In this document: positions 57,014-59,477 of the stretch, in pieces
Layout: each line of letters begins with the position of its first letter
Numbering within the stretch: position 1 is the stretch's first letter
Source of the DNA: an uncultured Akkermansia sp.
Lineage (GTDB): Bacteria; Verrucomicrobiota; Kiritimatiellia; RFP12; UBA1067
Assembly (NCBI GenBank): GCA_964567125.1
Contig: CAZMLC010000001.1
Span: 1-59,477, forward strand
DNA length: 59,477 nucleotides
Direction: 5' to 3'
Translations under genes and position numbers: made by a program
The notes under the pieces: model-generated
What the model saw: the letters and a program-made list of their open reading frames with translations, nothing else
The model's database searches: none
Told to the model about the DNA's origin: nothing

Positions 57014-59407
57014 ATGAACCCCTTGATGATTAACCAGTTTGTCAAAAAAAACCGCAAAGTCTTTTTCTGGATTGGCGCCTGGATCGTCTGCGCATTGGTG
57101 CTGCTCAGTACGCGCACCCCGACCGCGCAAAAACCGCAAACAACCGCGGAGATCACCGAGCATTGGTGCTCGCTCATCGTTGAAAACCAGCGTTTTCTCA
57201 AAGCCAGCGGATCAACGATCAAAAATGTCCTTGAACGCAATAAAGAGCAAATCGCGGCCTATCGCGTGCAACTGGCCTCTATGCATCAGCAGGTTGCGGC
57301 ACACACCTTTACTTTAAACAATAACGACGACCATAACGATGCCTTTGAAGTCATGTTACGCTGCCGGCAAATCAACGCGCTGCACGATCAGTTTGACGTG
57401 GTTAATAAGCGCATTGACCTCTGGAAAAACTCGCTGACACGGACCAACGAACAAGCGTTGATTATTCAAGCGCTGTCTGCGGAACGAATGAACCAGACCT
57501 CGCCGGAAATCCGCGACGCCATTGACCAAAACATCCTTGCACGGCGCGGCAACATCTCCAATGCGACACATTTCGCGCAGAGCATTAACGAACTCTCCGC
57601 ACAGATCGCACAAACCAAGCAGGCGCTCGATGAACTTCACACGCATGCCAATCTCAAACGCGCCTCCGTTATCGAGAACATGTTCACGGCACGGCCAACG
57701 TCGCTCGGCTTTATCCTGGGGCGCTTCTACGATTATCTTCCGCTGTGGAAAATCAAATTAGAAGGCTATTTTAAAAGTCAAATCCCCTTCGAAATGCGTT
57801 TTGTTTTTCAGTTTTTGCTCATCGCCATTTTAACTACGGCGCTTATTCAGTCGATCAGCAAGAAATGGATCATTCCGCTTCTGCAAAAACATGCTATCCT
57901 GCCGAAAAAGAACGAAAACATTCGACTTTTTACGATTGGTGTTTCGCTTATCATCATCGGGATCACATGTGAAATCGCCAACGCGTTTATTCCGGCTACC
58001 GTTGCGCGGGAAGCTATTTTCCGTCAACCCGCGAATGCGTTTTTTTCCACCGCGGTTTTGCTCATGGCACTCACCCTGCGCAATGCCGAATCACGGACGA
58101 TCCCCCAGGTCATTGCTGTGGCCCTGCCCATTGTCACGCAGCACTTTTTGTTCATGTGCCTGTATGTTGCACTTGCACCGCGCATCCCCATTCTCTTGCT
58201 TATTCCGCTGATCAATGTGGTCTGCATAATCTGGTTGGCAAGTCGCCTGCGCAGCGTGCGCGGAACACCGCTCCTGTTCACCACGGCACTGCTGTCAATT
58301 ATAGCTTCGCTTGCGTCAACATGGCTTGTCGCCTTAGGTTATGTCTATCTTGCATTTACCTTTATCCATGGTTGGCAAGTTATCCTTTCGCAAGTCATTT
58401 TCACCATTGTCATCACCTTCAATGTGATGAAATTGGCCCATCAGCCTGGGCAACGCAAACGAAGCATCCTCCTTGTGCGCCTTGTAATTCCTGTTTTATG
58501 GTATCTGCTGTTCTACTCGCTGTTCAGCTGGATTATGCGCACCTATCACCTCTCTGACTATTTCATGATTCTCTTTTCCACCCCCATTATCACGCACACA
58601 CTCGTAACCATCACCTTCAACAAAATCGTCATGATCCTGCTGATCGCGACCTTCCTGCAGTTCGGGCTGACCTTCTTCTCCGAATCCATTCGGTCCAGTT
58701 CAGAAAAGCGCGGAACTGATCCTGCGCTGATCGCATCGGCGCTCACGCTCAGCACCTACATCAGCTGGGCCATTTTTGCGGTTATTGCCCTCGTGATCTG
58801 CGATGTGAACACCAAAAGTCTGCAAGTGATGCTTGGCGGCTTCGGGTTAGGCTTAGGTTTTGCCTTGAAAGGCATTCTTGAAAACTTCTTCTGCGGCGTG
58901 TCCCTCCTCATCGGACAAGACATACGTCCAGGCGACACGATCGAAATCGAACGCGGTACGTTGGCAACGGTCAAAAAAATCACGTTTAGCAAAACTATCG
59001 TCGAGACGGTTGACGGCGCGATCATCACGTATCCGAACATGCAGGTAAAGGCAAAGGAATTCAGAAACTGGACGCGCAATCACCGCTTTCGCCGCTTTGA
59101 TATTTACATCGACGTCGCTTACGGAACGGACCTGACACGTGCCCGCGAACTGCTGCTCGAAGCGGTTCGGCGCCAGCCTAACGTGGAATTGCGCTACCCC
59201 GCAGAGCCGATCGTCTTTATCTCGGGATTTCAAGATAGCGCCATCCGCTTCATCATCCGTTTCTGGGTTTCGTCGCCCCTCTATCTTGAGGTCTCCACGC
59301 AGCTGCAAATCAAAGTGAATACGCTTTTCGAGAAGAACAACATTTCGATCCCGTTCCCTCAACTGGACGTACACCTGTCCCCTCAGGAAAAGCCTACTTC
59401 AATGTGA
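57014..59407 (+). CDS. Large mechanosensitive channel of the MscS/MscK family with coiled-coil periplasmic N-domain
   Basis: 797 aa. N-terminal signal/TM, ~200-aa helical region, ~10 TM helices, then the MscS core GGFGLGLGFALKGILENFFCGVSLLIGQDIRPGDTIEI...V.K.....T.V.T.DG....YPN. Confidence 0.8.
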   Translation: MNPLMINQFVKKNRKVFFWIGAWIVCALVLLSTRTPTAQKPQTTAEITEHWCSLIVENQRFLKASGSTIKNVLERNKEQIAAYRVQLASMHQQVAAHTFTLNNNDDHNDAFEVMLRCRQINALHDQFDVVNKRIDLWKNSLTRTNEQALIIQALSAERMNQTSPEIRDAIDQNILARRGNISNATHFAQSINELSAQIAQTKQALDELHTHANLKRASVIENMFTARPTSLGFILGRFYDYLPLWKIKLEGYFKSQIPFEMRFVFQFLLIAILTTALIQSISKKWIIPLLQKHAILPKKNENIRLFTIGVSLIIIGITCEIANAFIPATVAREAIFRQPANAFFSTAVLLMALTLRNAESRTIPQVIAVALPIVTQHFLFMCLYVALAPRIPILLLIPLINVVCIIWLASRLRSVRGTPLLFTTALLSIIASLASTWLVALGYVYLAFTFIHGWQVILSQVIFTIVITFNVMKLAHQPGQRKRSILLVRLVIPVLWYLLFYSLFSWIMRTYHLSDYFMILFSTPIITHTLVTITFNKIVMILLIATFLQFGLTFFSESIRSSSEKRGTDPALIASALTLSTYISWAIFAVIALVICDVNTKSLQVMLGGFGLGLGFALKGILENFFCGVSLLIGQDIRPGDTIEIERGTLATVKKITFSKTIVETVDGAIITYPNMQVKAKEFRNWTRNHRFRRFDIYIDVAYGTDLTRARELLLEAVRRQPNVELRYPAEPIVFISGFQDSAIRFIIRFWVSSPLYLEVSTQLQIKVNTLFEKNNISIPFPQLDVHLSPQEKPTSM

Positions 59408-59477
59408 TCAGGACGATTTCAGGCGGCGCATTGAAGCGGACGCGCAGGCGTCCAGTCCCCACGCCGCTTGTCACAAT

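Noticed and set aside
59394-59477. Partial minus-strand ORF at the right edge (…GTGRLRVRFNAPPEIVLITLK*), overlapping the channel gene's 3' end by ~14 nt
   Set aside because: Only ~27 codons are visible, which is too little to call a product or even to be sure it is coding.

Overview
This is a densely coding 59.5-kb chromosomal window with about 46 intact CDS in roughly 15 alternating strand blocks and only seven intergenic gaps over 150 bp. I found no rRNA, tRNA, CRISPR array, transposase, integrase or phage gene. All family assignments come from motifs recognised by eye; no search was run.

The content falls into two groups.

(i) Exported carbohydrate-active enzymes:
- a plus-strand operon of DUF1080 + Tat-signal GH109-like oxidoreductase + GH36-like enzyme (82-4534);
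- a minus-strand operon of kduD, GH88, two right-handed beta-helix proteins and a clan-D glycosidase with an NPCBM domain (5088-13527);
- a CE7 esterase, an SGNH hydrolase, uncharacterised exported proteins of 849 aa and 647 aa, a second Tat Gfo/Idh/MocA enzyme, a clan GH-A enzyme and a Tat xylose-isomerase-like TIM barrel.

(ii) Housekeeping genes: argG, a TatD-family gene, ugd, a pabB-pabC fusion, a leuB-like gene, prfB, an rluA-family gene, proB, tsf, rpsB, murA, thiS, topA, dprA, pdxJ, xseA, an acyl-CoA ligase and an MscS/MscK-like channel.

The many Tat-signal Gfo/Idh/MocA and DUF1080 proteins suggest a PVC-type (Verrucomicrobiota/Kiritimatiellota/Lentisphaerota/Planctomycetota-like) glycan degrader. 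That is inference only.

I do not see a self-evident new multi-gene system such as defence or secretion. The most unusual items are:
- a 10-bp-phased TCGA repeat/palindrome array in the tsf-proB spacer;
- a cysteine-free triple repeat replacing the Zn-ribbon tail of TopA;
- a Kef-type antiporter fused to a PTS EIIA(Ntr)-type domain;
- a solitary CbiM/NikM-PDGLE fusion without Q/O partners;
- a GH88 + KduD operon lacking any recognisable lyase but containing two beta-helix proteins;
- the components of a redox-assisted (3-keto-glycoside) cleavage route;
- tandem ICMT-like paralogues in an A/T-rich patch;
- a LysM protein whose YkuD-like domain appears to lack the catalytic His/Cys.
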